The notes under the pieces: generated by a model
Database searches by the model: none
What the model saw: only the letters and a program-made list of their open reading frames with translations
What the model was told of the DNA's origin: nothing
Shown here: positions 38,995 through 48,412 of the stretch, piece by piece
Position numbering within the stretch: position 1 is the stretch's first letter
Layout: every line of letters starts with the position of its first letter
Assembly: GCA_041611735.1 (NCBI GenBank)
Contig: JBFIML010000002.1
Coordinates: 1 to 64,000 of the forward strand
DNA: 64,000 bases
Source: Myxococcota bacterium
GTDB taxonomy: Bacteria > Myxococcota_A > UBA9160 > PR03
Direction: 5' to 3'
Made by a program: the position numbers and the translations under genes

Positions 38995-39927
38995 ATGGCG
39001 GGCGGAGTCGGAATCGGGATGGCCAGTCTCGCGCCGGGAGCGCGGATCGCGGCGGCCCTCGGCCTGGTGGGCGCTCTCGTGCTGCTGGGCGCCCCCGCCC
39101 AGGCGGTCTTCCTGGGCCTCCAGCCGGGCGACACCATCGACAGCATCGGCTACACGATCGATCCGGGTGCAGGCGCCTTCGCGGATGCCGCGGATACCCT
39201 CGACATCGACGCCCAGGCCGACAACATCGACGTGGGCACGGGCGTCCGCACCGAGATCAGTGGCGGCGCCATCGCGGTCAACCTGAACCTGGCTTCCGAG
39301 TCCCTGCTCTTCCTGGGCGACGGGGGCACGGGCGGCCTGACCTTCATCTACGAGTACACCGCCAGCTTCGCCGGGCGCGCCGGCGTCGATGACGTCGCCC
39401 TCTACGCCCCGACGGGCGGTCCGGCCCCGGAGCAGGACGGCCGCCTGCTGATCCGCGGCGAGTTCGTGTCCGACCCGACGGCCGAGGTGAGCGTGTTCTT
39501 CGACACGGCGGGACTGCTGGGCCCGCCGAGCCTGACCATCACCGGCACCTTCGACGTGCAGGCGGGCGGCGACCCGATCTTCGAGAGCGCGTTCGGAAGC
39601 CAGGGTGACCTGGCCGACATCATCGGGATCAGCTCCTCGAGCAGCCCGTCGCTCGTCGCGCTGCTGGCCGACGGCTACCTCTTCTCGGTGCGCGACACGG
39701 ACCTCGGAGCCTCGGGCTGTGGCTCGCAGGCGGCGGGAACGCCGTGCGTCGGAAACGTCGTGAACCAGACCGGCGGCTTCACCTTCTCCGGCAACGGGGA
39801 GATCGTGCCCCAGAATCCGTCGGCGTTCGTGCCGGAGCCGAGCACTGCCGCCCTGCTCGCACTCGGATTGGCGGGCCTCGCCCGGGGAGGCCGCGCGCGG
39901 CATCGGCGCTCAGGGGCGCGGGGATGA
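38995..39927 (+). CDS. PEP-CTERM sorting domain protein
   Basis: Signal peptide ending AQA; acidic Gly/Thr-rich body; VPEPSTAALLALGLAGLA + basic tail; alternative ATG 39019. Confidence 0.9.
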   Translation: MAGGVGIGMASLAPGARIAAALGLVGALVLLGAPAQAVFLGLQPGDTIDSIGYTIDPGAGAFADAADTLDIDAQADNIDVGTGVRTEISGGAIAVNLNLASESLLFLGDGGTGGLTFIYEYTASFAGRAGVDDVALYAPTGGPAPEQDGRLLIRGEFVSDPTAEVSVFFDTAGLLGPPSLTITGTFDVQAGGDPIFESAFGSQGDLADIIGISSSSSPSLVALLADGYLFSVRDTDLGASGCGSQAAGTPCVGNVVNQTGGFTFSGNGEIVPQNPSAFVPEPSTAALLALGLAGLARGGRARHRRSGARG

Positions 39928-39957
39928 ATCAACTGGATTCCGGAGGGGGGTCCTAGC

Positions 39958-40656
39958 ATGGCATGCGCGAAGCGATTGCTGATGGCGACGTTGTTGTTGA
40001 CGTTGCCGGTGACGGCCGGCGCCACTTCGTTCGAGCTGATCACGGCGACGGATCCGAAGGCCCGCTTCACCGTGAGCAACGGCGTCGTCACCTCGCTCGA
40101 GGCGGGCGGCAGCGACGCGGTGGTCCTGCCGGGGACCTCGCTGGGCGGCAACGCCCGGCTCCACATCGAGCTCCAGAAGTCGGGAGCGGAGACCCAGTTC
40201 GTCGTGGGGACTCCGTTTGCGGGCACCCCGGACGGCGTTCCGGACCTCTGGATCGTGGATTCGGTGACCTCCCAGGTGCTGATCACCGCGCAGCTGAACT
40301 CGATCAAGGTGAGCGGCTACACGGGCGGCGCCGCCGGCTCGGCCCTCACGTCGGTGACGTTCGGCGGCCTCGACCCCTTGCAGAGCGACCTGACCCTGAC
40401 CGGCGGGTCCCGGGCCGGCAGCTTCGGCGGCGTCGGGGCCAAGGCGGAGCTCTCGATCCTGCTCAACAAGCCGACCGTCGCCTTCCCCACCACCTTGCAG
40501 CTGTTCTCGGGCGCGGATCTCTTCGACGAGAACTTCGACGCCCAGATGAATGTGCAGCTCCAGTTCCACACCCCGGAGCCGGGCTCCCTGGCCCTGGTCG
40601 GGCTGCCCCTGATCGGTCTCGCGGCCTGGAGAGGCGCGCGTCGGCGTCGCGCCTAG
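39958..40656 (+). CDS. PEP-CTERM sorting domain protein
   Basis: Signal peptide; TPEPGSLALVGLPLIGLAAW + RRRRA. Confidence 0.9.
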   Translation: MACAKRLLMATLLLTLPVTAGATSFELITATDPKARFTVSNGVVTSLEAGGSDAVVLPGTSLGGNARLHIELQKSGAETQFVVGTPFAGTPDGVPDLWIVDSVTSQVLITAQLNSIKVSGYTGGAAGSALTSVTFGGLDPLQSDLTLTGGSRAGSFGGVGAKAELSILLNKPTVAFPTTLQLFSGADLFDENFDAQMNVQLQFHTPEPGSLALVGLPLIGLAAWRGARRRRA

Positions 40657-40738
40657 CCGCCTGCGCTCCGGCCCCTCGCCCCCGCGTTCGCCCGGCTCGG
40701 GGTATGCTGAGCCCACGACGCCGCCGTCCGGAATCCGT

Positions 40739-42520
40739 GTGTGCATCCTCCTCCTGGTGGCCGGGCTCCTCGTCCCGGCTTCCGGCGCGGCCCAGCTCCT
40801 GACGGGCGATCTCAACGGCGACGGGGAGGTGGACGCAGCCGACGCCGCGCTGCTCCCGGCCTGGTACGGCGCCGCTCCGGGAGACCCGACCTTCGAGCCG
40901 GCCGCGGACCTGAACGGCGACGGGCGCATCGACTTTCTGGACCTCGGTCTGTTCGGGGCTGGCTTCGGGGCCACCGGCGGGCCCGTGGACACGACGCCCC
41001 CGACCCTGTTCGTGACGCTGAACGACGTCCCCGACGACATGAACGACCTGCTCGTGGTGCCCCCGGAGCGCTTCCAGGTCACCCTGGCACTCGACAGCGC
41101 CGGGGGAAGTGCCCTCGACACGGCCTCCCTCTCGGTGACGAGCGACCAGGCCGCGGGGATCCACCCGGCCGGCGCCGAGCTGGCCGGAGAGTTCACGGTG
41201 ACCCCCACCCGGGCGGCGTGGGAGCTGCCCGCCGGGAGCAACCTGCCCCGCACGTCGCACTTCCTCACGGTGTCGGTACGGGACCTGGCAGGCAACCTGG
41301 CCTCCCGGGTGTACGGCTTCGCGGTGCGCGACTTCGCGGCGGGAGCGCCGCTCGAAAACCTCCAGACCGTCTTCCTGGACTTCGACCAGAACCGCAGCCT
41401 GACCACCGCGGTGGACTTCCTGGAGGACCTGCGCGAGTACGGCCTCTCCGCCGCGGCGGCGCCGACCATCGAGACGCAGATGCGCGACCGGCTCGTCGCC
41501 GAGATCGTCTCCCGCGCGCATCCCTTCTTCGGAGTCAACCCGGACGGGACGCCCGGTCCGGACGCGGCGAACCTGGTGTTCCAGGCCACCCTGCCCGGCG
41601 TCCCGCACTCGCGCCTCTGCGTGGGCGGGCAGTCCTCCCTGGGCGGCTCCTTCCTGGGCTCCTCGACCCTGGACGTGAACAACCTGAACGAGACCTCCGA
41701 CGAGTGCGCGCTCGGTTCCGTGTTCGGGGTGTTCCCCCAGGCGATCGACAACCTGTGGGGCGCCAACGCCGGCTTCCAGGCGACCTTCGGCCCCCTGGAT
41801 CCCGACGCAGGCGGCACGCCGGTGGGCCTCCACCCGCTCGACGCGACGGTCCTGGCCCCCGGCTTCGATCCGGCCGGCGCCCCGTCCGCCCAGCTCGCCC
41901 GCTGGAGCGCGATCGAGAGCGCCGTGGACACCTTCGCCCAGATCGTGGCCACCGCGGTCGCCCACGAGACCGGCCATCTGCTGGGGCTGGTGGCCCACGG
42001 CCCCGCTCCCGGCGGCCTGTGGGGTGGGTCGACCGGCGGCAACAAGGATCACAACGTGACCCCGGGCGGAACGACCCCGGCCCCCAACTGGCTGATGAAC
42101 AGCGGGGGAAGCTTCACCTTCGAGGAGATCACGGCACGCGGGGGGGTCCCCCTCCCGGTGTTCCGCCCCCTCAACTGGGCCTATCTGCGCGATCGGGTCG
42201 TGCTCGACGCCTCGGTGACGGGGCTCTTCCCGGCCCCGACCCTGACCAGCGTGCAGCCCGCCTCGTTCTCCTTCGCGGGCGCGGGCTCCCAGCTCGTGAC
42301 CTTCCAGGGCACGAACTTCCTCGCCACCCCCGGCATCGAGCTGCTGACCGAGGGCGACCCCACGCCCAATCCCGTCCTGAGCGTGGCCTTCGTGAACTCG
42401 CAGACCGTCACCGGAATCGTCTTCTCGTTCCTGGCGCCGCCCGCCCTCTACGACGTCCGGCTGCGCAACCCGGACGGCCAGGAGGTGATCCTGGTGGGCG
42501 GACTCGAGATCCTGCCGTGA
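40739..42520 (+). CDS. Secreted dockerin-like + Ig-like + zinc metallopeptidase + IPT/TIG-like protein
   Basis: GDLNGDGEVDAAD...ADLNGDGRIDFLD duplicated Ca loops; HETGHLLGLVAH and downstream WLMN Met-turn-like; PTLTSVQP..VTFQGTNF..YDVRLRNPDG; start uncertain. Confidence 0.78.
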   Translation: MCILLLVAGLLVPASGAAQLLTGDLNGDGEVDAADAALLPAWYGAAPGDPTFEPAADLNGDGRIDFLDLGLFGAGFGATGGPVDTTPPTLFVTLNDVPDDMNDLLVVPPERFQVTLALDSAGGSALDTASLSVTSDQAAGIHPAGAELAGEFTVTPTRAAWELPAGSNLPRTSHFLTVSVRDLAGNLASRVYGFAVRDFAAGAPLENLQTVFLDFDQNRSLTTAVDFLEDLREYGLSAAAAPTIETQMRDRLVAEIVSRAHPFFGVNPDGTPGPDAANLVFQATLPGVPHSRLCVGGQSSLGGSFLGSSTLDVNNLNETSDECALGSVFGVFPQAIDNLWGANAGFQATFGPLDPDAGGTPVGLHPLDATVLAPGFDPAGAPSAQLARWSAIESAVDTFAQIVATAVAHETGHLLGLVAHGPAPGGLWGGSTGGNKDHNVTPGGTTPAPNWLMNSGGSFTFEEITARGGVPLPVFRPLNWAYLRDRVVLDASVTGLFPAPTLTSVQPASFSFAGAGSQLVTFQGTNFLATPGIELLTEGDPTPNPVLSVAFVNSQTVTGIVFSFLAPPALYDVRLRNPDGQEVILVGGLEILP

Positions 42521-43014
42521 GGGGGAAGACCCTGGCGCTGGCCCTCGGGGCGCTCGCGCTGCTGGGAAGCCCGTGCGGTGGAGGGCCGGCCGGGCCGAGT
42601 GCCGCCGTGAGCCTGGATCCCTTGTTCGTGACGGTGCAACCGGGCGGCTTCGTGGACCTGGCCGTGCTGATCACCGGTGCGACCCAGCCGGTCCAGGCCT
42701 TCGAGTTCACCGTGGAGGGCGATCCGGGCATCCTGATCCCCTGGCAGGCCCTGCCCCATGCCCAGTACGACGACGACGGGAAGCTTTTCGTGGCGCCGCA
42801 GGTCGATCTCGGGACGGGGCGCATCGAGCGGGTGGTGGACCTCCGTCACGGTGCCGGGGCACCCACCGGCTCGTTCCGGGTGGCGACGCTGCGCTTCTTC
42901 GCCTGGGAGAAGGGGACGACGACGGTGCGCGTGGTGGGAGGCGGGCTCGCCACGGCAAGCGGCCAGCCCTTCGACACGACCCTCTTCTCGGCCACGGTGA
43001 ACGTCGTGCCGTGA
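42517..43014 (+). CDS. Cohesin-like domain protein, probable lipoprotein
   Basis: C-terminal part of ORF 40741..43014; GTGA overlap; hydrophobic leader ending GSPC; TVQPGGFVDLAVLI..VQAFEFTV..DPGIL..TGSFRVATLRF...SATVNV. Confidence 0.68.
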   Translation: MRGKTLALALGALALLGSPCGGGPAGPSAAVSLDPLFVTVQPGGFVDLAVLITGATQPVQAFEFTVEGDPGILIPWQALPHAQYDDDGKLFVAPQVDLGTGRIERVVDLRHGAGAPTGSFRVATLRFFAWEKGTTTVRVVGGGLATASGQPFDTTLFSATVNVVP

Positions 43015-43029
43015 GCGCGACGGCAGGCG

Positions 43030-44064
43030 TCAGAGATCCCAGAAGAAGTCCTGGTTGGTGAGCTCCCGAGCCTCGGCAAGGGTCTCTCCGCCCGGCGCGC
43101 CCGGGACCGCGGCGCGCAGGCGCGCCACCTGCTGCTCCAGGTCGAGCGTCTCGCGCTCCCAGTAGTCGTCGGTGCCGAAGTGCGGAAAGGTCGATCGGAA
43201 CGGCGCCTCCTCCCAGCGGCTCGCGATCCAGCCTGCGATGCGCAGGAAGCGCAGGGCCCGCAGCGGCTCCACCAGCTCGAGCCAGCGCGCGTCGAAGTCG
43301 TGGAACTGCCGGTACGCGGCCACGAGCCGCTCGCGCTGCCGCGCCCCTTCCGCGTCGCGCCCGGGCACCAGCATCCAGACATCGTGCACCGCCGGCCCCA
43401 CCACGAAGTCGTCGAAGTCCAGGAAGAACCAGCCTTCGCGGCCCCGCAGCAGGTTGCCCGGATGGCAGTCGCCGTGGATGCGGTGGAAGGGGACGCCGCC
43501 GCTGCGATCGGCGTACACCCGGGCGGCCTCCTCCACGGCCGCCCGGTAGGGGCGGGCCCGGGCGGCGGGAAGGAAGCCACCCGCCTCGAGCCGCTCGAGC
43601 GGCTGCAGGAAGAAGCCTTCGGCGCTGAGACGCGGGCGGTTCGGCGCCGCTCGCGTGGCGCCTACCGCATGGACCCGCGCCAGCAGCCGCCCCAGGATTT
43701 CCAGGTCCTGGTCCGAGAACTCTTCCGGCTCCCGCCCGCCCGTGCGCGGCCAGACGCCGAAGAAGACGCCCGCGAGGGCGCCCAGGGTGCCTCCGTCCGG
43801 CAGCCGGAGCGGCGCGCAGACGGGGATCTCGGCATCGCGCAGGTCGAGCAGGAAGCGGTGCTCGTCGAGAAGGGCCTCCCGGCTCCAACGCCCGGGCCGG
43901 TAGAACTTGACCACCACGTGGCGCTCGTCCTCGAGGCGCACGTCGTAGACGCGGTTCTCCAGGAAGCGCAGCGGCGCGCACTGGCCCGTGGGCCGCAGGC
44001 CCGCCGCCTCGACGGCGTCGAGGGCCGCCGCGGGCCCCAGGCGATGGAAGAATCCTTCCCGCAC
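43030..44064 (-). CDS. srkA: Ser/Thr protein kinase, SrkA/RdoA (YihE) family
   Basis: ENRVY, VVKFYRPGRWS, RIHGDCHPGN, LDFDD, FPHFGTDDYW. Confidence 0.9.
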   Translation of the reverse strand: MREGFFHRLGPAAALDAVEAAGLRPTGQCAPLRFLENRVYDVRLEDERHVVVKFYRPGRWSREALLDEHRFLLDLRDAEIPVCAPLRLPDGGTLGALAGVFFGVWPRTGGREPEEFSDQDLEILGRLLARVHAVGATRAAPNRPRLSAEGFFLQPLERLEAGGFLPAARARPYRAAVEEAARVYADRSGGVPFHRIHGDCHPGNLLRGREGWFFLDFDDFVVGPAVHDVWMLVPGRDAEGARQRERLVAAYRQFHDFDARWLELVEPLRALRFLRIAGWIASRWEEAPFRSTFPHFGTDDYWERETLDLEQQVARLRAAVPGAPGGETLAEARELTNQDFFWDL

Positions 44065-44157
44065 GGACGCCGAGCGTAGCGGAGCCGCATCGGCGGGCCC
44101 GGTTTGCTCCGGGAGAACGGTTTGTGTAGGATTCGCGGGGACTTACGGAGGGACCTC

Positions 44158-46137
44158 ATGTCCCCGGCGCAGCGCCATCGCCCCTGGGTGTTCCGCACCT
44201 ACTCCGGGCACACCTCCGCCCGCGCCAGCAACGCGCTCTACTGCAGCAACCTGGCCAAGGGGCAGACGGGCCTGTCCGTGGCCTTCGATCTTCCCACCCA
44301 GACCGGCTACGACTCGGACCATGCCCTCGCCCGAGGCGAGGTGGGCAAGGTGGGCGTCCCCATCTGCCACGTGGAGGACATGCAGACGCTCTTCGAGGGC
44401 ATCCCCCTCGAGCGCATGAACACCTCCATGACCATCAACGCCACGGCGGCCTGGCTGCTGGCGCTCTACGTGGCGGTGGCCGAACGCCAGGGTGCGAAGA
44501 CCAGCGACCTGCAGGGCACCACCCAGAACGACATCATCAAGGAATACCTCTCCCGGGGCACCTACGTGTTCCCCCCCGAGCCCTCCCTGCGGCTGATCAG
44601 CGACATGGTGGCCTACAGCGTGGATGCGATCCCGAACTGGAACCCCATCAACGTCTGCTCCTACCACCTGCAGGAGGCCGGAGCGACACCGGTGCAGGAG
44701 ATCGCCTACGCCATGGCCAATGCGATCGCCGTCCTCGACGCGGTGCGGGCGCGAGGCGACGTGCCCCGGGACGCGATCCCGCGGGTGGTGGGCCGCATCT
44801 CCTTCTTCCTGAATGCCGGGATCCGCTTCGTCGAGGAGACGTGCAAGGTGCGCGCCATGACGGAGCTGTGGGACGAGATCACCCGGGAGCGCTACGGGGT
44901 GGCGGACGCCAAGCTGCGCCGTTTCCGCTACGGCGTGCAGGTGAACAGTCTCGGGCTCACGGAGGCGCAGCCCGAGAACAACGTGATCCGCATCGTGCTC
45001 GAGGCCCTGGGGGTCACCCTCTCCGAGCGCGCGCGCTGCCGCGCCCTCCAGCTGCCGGCCTGGAACGAGGCCCTGGGGCTTCCACGCCCCTGGGACCAGC
45101 AGTGGTCGCTTCGCATCCAGCAGATCCTGGCCTACGAGACGGACCTGCTCGAGTACCCCGACCTCTTCGACGGATCTCCGGTCGTGGAGGCCCGGACCGC
45201 GGAGCTCAAGGAGGCCGCGCGCGAGGAGCTCGAGCGGGTGCTCGCCCTGGGCGGGGCCGTGGCGGCCGTCGAGAACGCCTACATGAAGCAGCGGCTGGTG
45301 GAGTCGCACACGGCTCGGCTGCGGGCGGTGGAGTCCGGCGAGATCCAGGTCGTCGGCGTCAACTGCTGGACCGAGACCGAGCCGTCGCCGCTGCTGGAGG
45401 GCGCGCGCTCGGTCCTCCAGGTGGACGAGTCCGCCGAGCGGGAGCAGGTGGAGCGCCTGCGCGCCTTCCGCAGCCGCCGCAACCCCGGGGAGGTGCGGGC
45501 GGCGTTGCGCAACCTGAGGGACGCGGTGGCGGCCGGCGGCAGCGTGATGCCGCCCTCCATCCGCGCCGCCCACGCTTGTGTCACCACCGGGGAGTGGACC
45601 GACGCGCTGCGGGAGCTGTTCGGGGAATACCGGGCGCCCACGGGGGTGGTGGCCCGGCCGGCCGAGGAGGCGGACGCGCGCATCGCGGCGCTGCGCGCCC
45701 GCACCCGCGAGCTCGGTCGGCGCCTGGGGCGGCCCCCCAAGATGCTGGTGGGAAAGCCGGGCCTCGACGGCCACAGCAATGGCGCCGAGCAGATCGCTGT
45801 GCGCGCGCGGGACGTGGGCATCGAAGTGGTCTACGAGGGGATTCGGCTCACCCCGGACGAAATCGTGCAATCCGCACGCGACGAGGGCGTGCACGTGATC
45901 GGGCTCTCGATCCTGTCCGGCTCCCACGGCGTGCTGGTCCTGGACGTCCTCGATGGCCTGCGCAAGGCGGGCCTGCAGGACGTCCCGGTGGTGGTGGGCG
46001 GCATCATCCCCGAGGACGACGCGGAGCGACTGCGCGCCGCCGGGGTGTGCCGCGTCTACACGCCGAAGGACTTCGACCTGACCCGGATCCTGGAGGAGAT
46101 CGTGGATCTCGTGGGAGGGTCGGCCGCTGAGGCCTGA
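44158..46137 (+). CDS. ecm: Ethylmalonyl-CoA mutase (protein MeaA), B12-dependent
   Basis: PWVFRTYSGH, KGQTGLSVAFDLPTQTGYD, NVCSYHLQEAG, VQVNSLG, GLDGHSNG (DxHxxG). Confidence 0.94.
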   Translation: MSPAQRHRPWVFRTYSGHTSARASNALYCSNLAKGQTGLSVAFDLPTQTGYDSDHALARGEVGKVGVPICHVEDMQTLFEGIPLERMNTSMTINATAAWLLALYVAVAERQGAKTSDLQGTTQNDIIKEYLSRGTYVFPPEPSLRLISDMVAYSVDAIPNWNPINVCSYHLQEAGATPVQEIAYAMANAIAVLDAVRARGDVPRDAIPRVVGRISFFLNAGIRFVEETCKVRAMTELWDEITRERYGVADAKLRRFRYGVQVNSLGLTEAQPENNVIRIVLEALGVTLSERARCRALQLPAWNEALGLPRPWDQQWSLRIQQILAYETDLLEYPDLFDGSPVVEARTAELKEAAREELERVLALGGAVAAVENAYMKQRLVESHTARLRAVESGEIQVVGVNCWTETEPSPLLEGARSVLQVDESAEREQVERLRAFRSRRNPGEVRAALRNLRDAVAAGGSVMPPSIRAAHACVTTGEWTDALRELFGEYRAPTGVVARPAEEADARIAALRARTRELGRRLGRPPKMLVGKPGLDGHSNGAEQIAVRARDVGIEVVYEGIRLTPDEIVQSARDEGVHVIGLSILSGSHGVLVLDVLDGLRKAGLQDVPVVVGGIIPEDDAERLRAAGVCRVYTPKDFDLTRILEEIVDLVGGSAAEA

Positions 46138-47104
46138 CCTGGCCCGGCGCCTCCTGGCCCGGGAACGAGAGGCGGTGGCCGAGGCGCTGAACCTGGTCGA
46201 CGACCGGCGCCCGGAGCGCCGCGAAGCCGCCCTGGTGCTGCTCGACACCGTCGACCGCGAGGGTCCGCGTCCGGGCGCCCACCGCGTGGGTTTGACCGGC
46301 GCGCCCGGGGCGGGCAAGTCGACGCTCCTCGATGCGCTGGTGCGCCTGCTGCGCCGGCGCGGCGAGACGGTGGGGATCGTGGCGGTGGACCCGTCGAGCC
46401 GGGTCTCGGGCGGGGCGCTGCTCGGGGACCGCGTGCGCATGCGCTCCGGCGCGCGCGACCCCGGCGTGTTCGTGCGCTCCATGGCCGCTCGCGAGCGCCT
46501 GGGCGGGATCGCCGACGCCACCCGCGCCGGGGTGACCGTCCTGGCCGCGGTCTTCGACTGGGTCTTCGTGGAGACGGTTGGGGTAGGCCAGTCGGAGACC
46601 GACGTGACCGCGCTGGTGGATACGCTCGTCTTCGTGGCACAGCCCAACTCCGGCGACACGCTCCAGTTCATGAAGGCCGGGGTGCTGGAGCACCCGGACG
46701 TGTTCGTCGTGAACAAGGCGGACGCGGGGCCGGCGGCGGAGCGCACGGCCCACGAGCTCGAGGCGGGGCTCGGCCTGGGGCGGCGCACCACGGGAGGATG
46801 GAACGCCCCGGTGCTGCGCGCCTCGGCCCGGGACGGCCGCGGCATCGATGCCCTGCTGGAGGCCCTCGAGGCGCACCGGCGCCACCTCGAACAGGCGGGC
46901 CGGCTGGAGGAGCGGCGCCGCCGCGGGCGGGACGCCGGGGTGCGCGAGACCCTCGAGCGCCGTTACGGCAGCTACGGGATCGAGCGGGTCGGCGGCCCCG
47001 AGGGCCTGGCGGCGCGAATCGCTGCGGCGCCGCACGCCTCCCCCTACGCCCTGGTGCTCGGCCTCGGTCGGGAGATCGAGGACGCCCTGCGCAAGCCCCA
47101 CTGA
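46127..47104 (+). CDS. meaB: MeaB/ArgK GTPase metallochaperone
   Basis: GAPGAGKST, AVDPSS..GGALLGDRVRM, ETVGVGQSE, VNKAD; start CTG 46127 inferred (ORF track: GTG 46175). Confidence 0.9.
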   Translation: MRPDLARRLLAREREAVAEALNLVDDRRPERREAALVLLDTVDREGPRPGAHRVGLTGAPGAGKSTLLDALVRLLRRRGETVGIVAVDPSSRVSGGALLGDRVRMRSGARDPGVFVRSMAARERLGGIADATRAGVTVLAAVFDWVFVETVGVGQSETDVTALVDTLVFVAQPNSGDTLQFMKAGVLEHPDVFVVNKADAGPAAERTAHELEAGLGLGRRTTGGWNAPVLRASARDGRGIDALLEALEAHRRHLEQAGRLEERRRRGRDAGVRETLERRYGSYGIERVGGPEGLAARIAAAPHASPYALVLGLGREIEDALRKPH

Positions 47105-48255
47105 TGGCCTCGGTCGTGCGCCGGGCGCGGGTGCTCCACATCGCGCGGGAGACCCTCTCCCGTCCGACCGCGCCCTACCGGGAGGGTGCGGTCATCGAGT
47201 GGGTGCGCCGCTTCGTGGCGGGGAGGCGGCATCTGGTGCTGCACGAGGATCCCGACGGGAACCTGTTCGTGCGGCGACGCGGGGTAGCGCGCAGCCGCAC
47301 CCCGCTCGTCCTGGCGGCCCACCTGGACCACCCCGGCTTCCGGGTGCTGCGCTCCCGCCGCGGGCGGAGCGGGGTGCAGATCGAGGCGCTCTTCCTGGGC
47401 GGCGTGCGGCCGGAGTTCTTCCCGGGGGCCGGGGCGCGTTTCTTCGCCGGCCAGCGCCAGATCCGCGCCCGGGTGCTGCGCACGCAGCCCGACCGCCGGA
47501 GCGGCGAGCAGCGCGTCACGCTGCGGGCCCGGGAGCCGGTGCCGGCGGGAGCCTTCGGGATGTGGGACCTGCCTGCCTTCCGGCATGCGCGGCGCCAGCC
47601 GGACCGACTGGAGACGCGCGCCGCCGACGACCTGGCGGGCGTCGCCGCGTGCCTCGCGCTGCTCGACGCAGTGGAGCGGATCGACCCGGCGCGCCGGGTC
47701 GACGGGGTCGGCCTGTTCACCCGGGCCGAGGAGGTGGGCTTCGTGGGCGCCCTGGCCGTGGCGCGGGGTCGGCGGCTTCCACCCGGGGCACGCATCGTCG
47801 CCATCGAGGCCAGCAAGGCCCTGCCCGACGCGCCCCAGGGAGCGGGCCCGATCCTGCGCGTCGGCGACCGCACCAGCATCTTCGACGACGCGCTGACGCG
47901 CTGGATCGCCCGGGTGGGAGCCCGGCTGGCGGGACCGCGCGGGCGCGGCTTCCGCTGGCAGCGGCGCCTGATGGACGGGGGAACCTGCGAGTCGACCGCC
48001 TACCAGCTCTACGGCTACCGTTGCGCCGCCATGTGCCTGCCCCTGGGCAACTACCACAACATGGCACCGAACGGTCGCATCGCGCTGGAGTCGATCCGTC
48101 TCTCGGACCTGGTGGGCCTGGTGCGGTTCTTCGAGGGGCTCGTGCGCGACCTGGCCCGGGCGCCTGGCACGGCCCGGGAGGATCCGCTGCGTGCCCGGCT
48201 CGAGCGACGCTTCCGCCGCGCGCGCCGGGAGCTGGCCCGTGACCCCTTCGCCTGA
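47104..48255 (+). CDS. M20/M28/M42-clan metallopeptidase-like protein
   Basis: AAHLDHPGF, RAADDLAG, RAEEVG, GGTCE, LGNYHN; TGATG coupling to meaB. Confidence 0.8.
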   Translation: MASVVRRARVLHIARETLSRPTAPYREGAVIEWVRRFVAGRRHLVLHEDPDGNLFVRRRGVARSRTPLVLAAHLDHPGFRVLRSRRGRSGVQIEALFLGGVRPEFFPGAGARFFAGQRQIRARVLRTQPDRRSGEQRVTLRAREPVPAGAFGMWDLPAFRHARRQPDRLETRAADDLAGVAACLALLDAVERIDPARRVDGVGLFTRAEEVGFVGALAVARGRRLPPGARIVAIEASKALPDAPQGAGPILRVGDRTSIFDDALTRWIARVGARLAGPRGRGFRWQRRLMDGGTCESTAYQLYGYRCAAMCLPLGNYHNMAPNGRIALESIRLSDLVGLVRFFEGLVRDLARAPGTAREDPLRARLERRFRRARRELARDPFA

Positions 48256-48412
48256 GCGGCGCCGCCCGTTGGCCCGGCTGTTGCGGGCCCTGGGCCTCGG
48301 GCTGCTCGGCGCCTTCGTGGTGGGCTTCGCGATCGGCACCTGGCTGCGCTGCGAGCTGGAGACGCCCGTGCGCTACCTGGGCTCGGCGGAGGCCCCGGGG
48401 CCCCGGGGCTAG
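48239..48412 (+). CDS. Small membrane protein
   Basis: Single hydrophobic helix (ALGLGLLGAFVVGFAIGTWL); fills the gap; overlaps both neighbours. Confidence 0.45.
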   Translation: MTPSPERRRPLARLLRALGLGLLGAFVVGFAIGTWLRCELETPVRYLGSAEAPGPRG

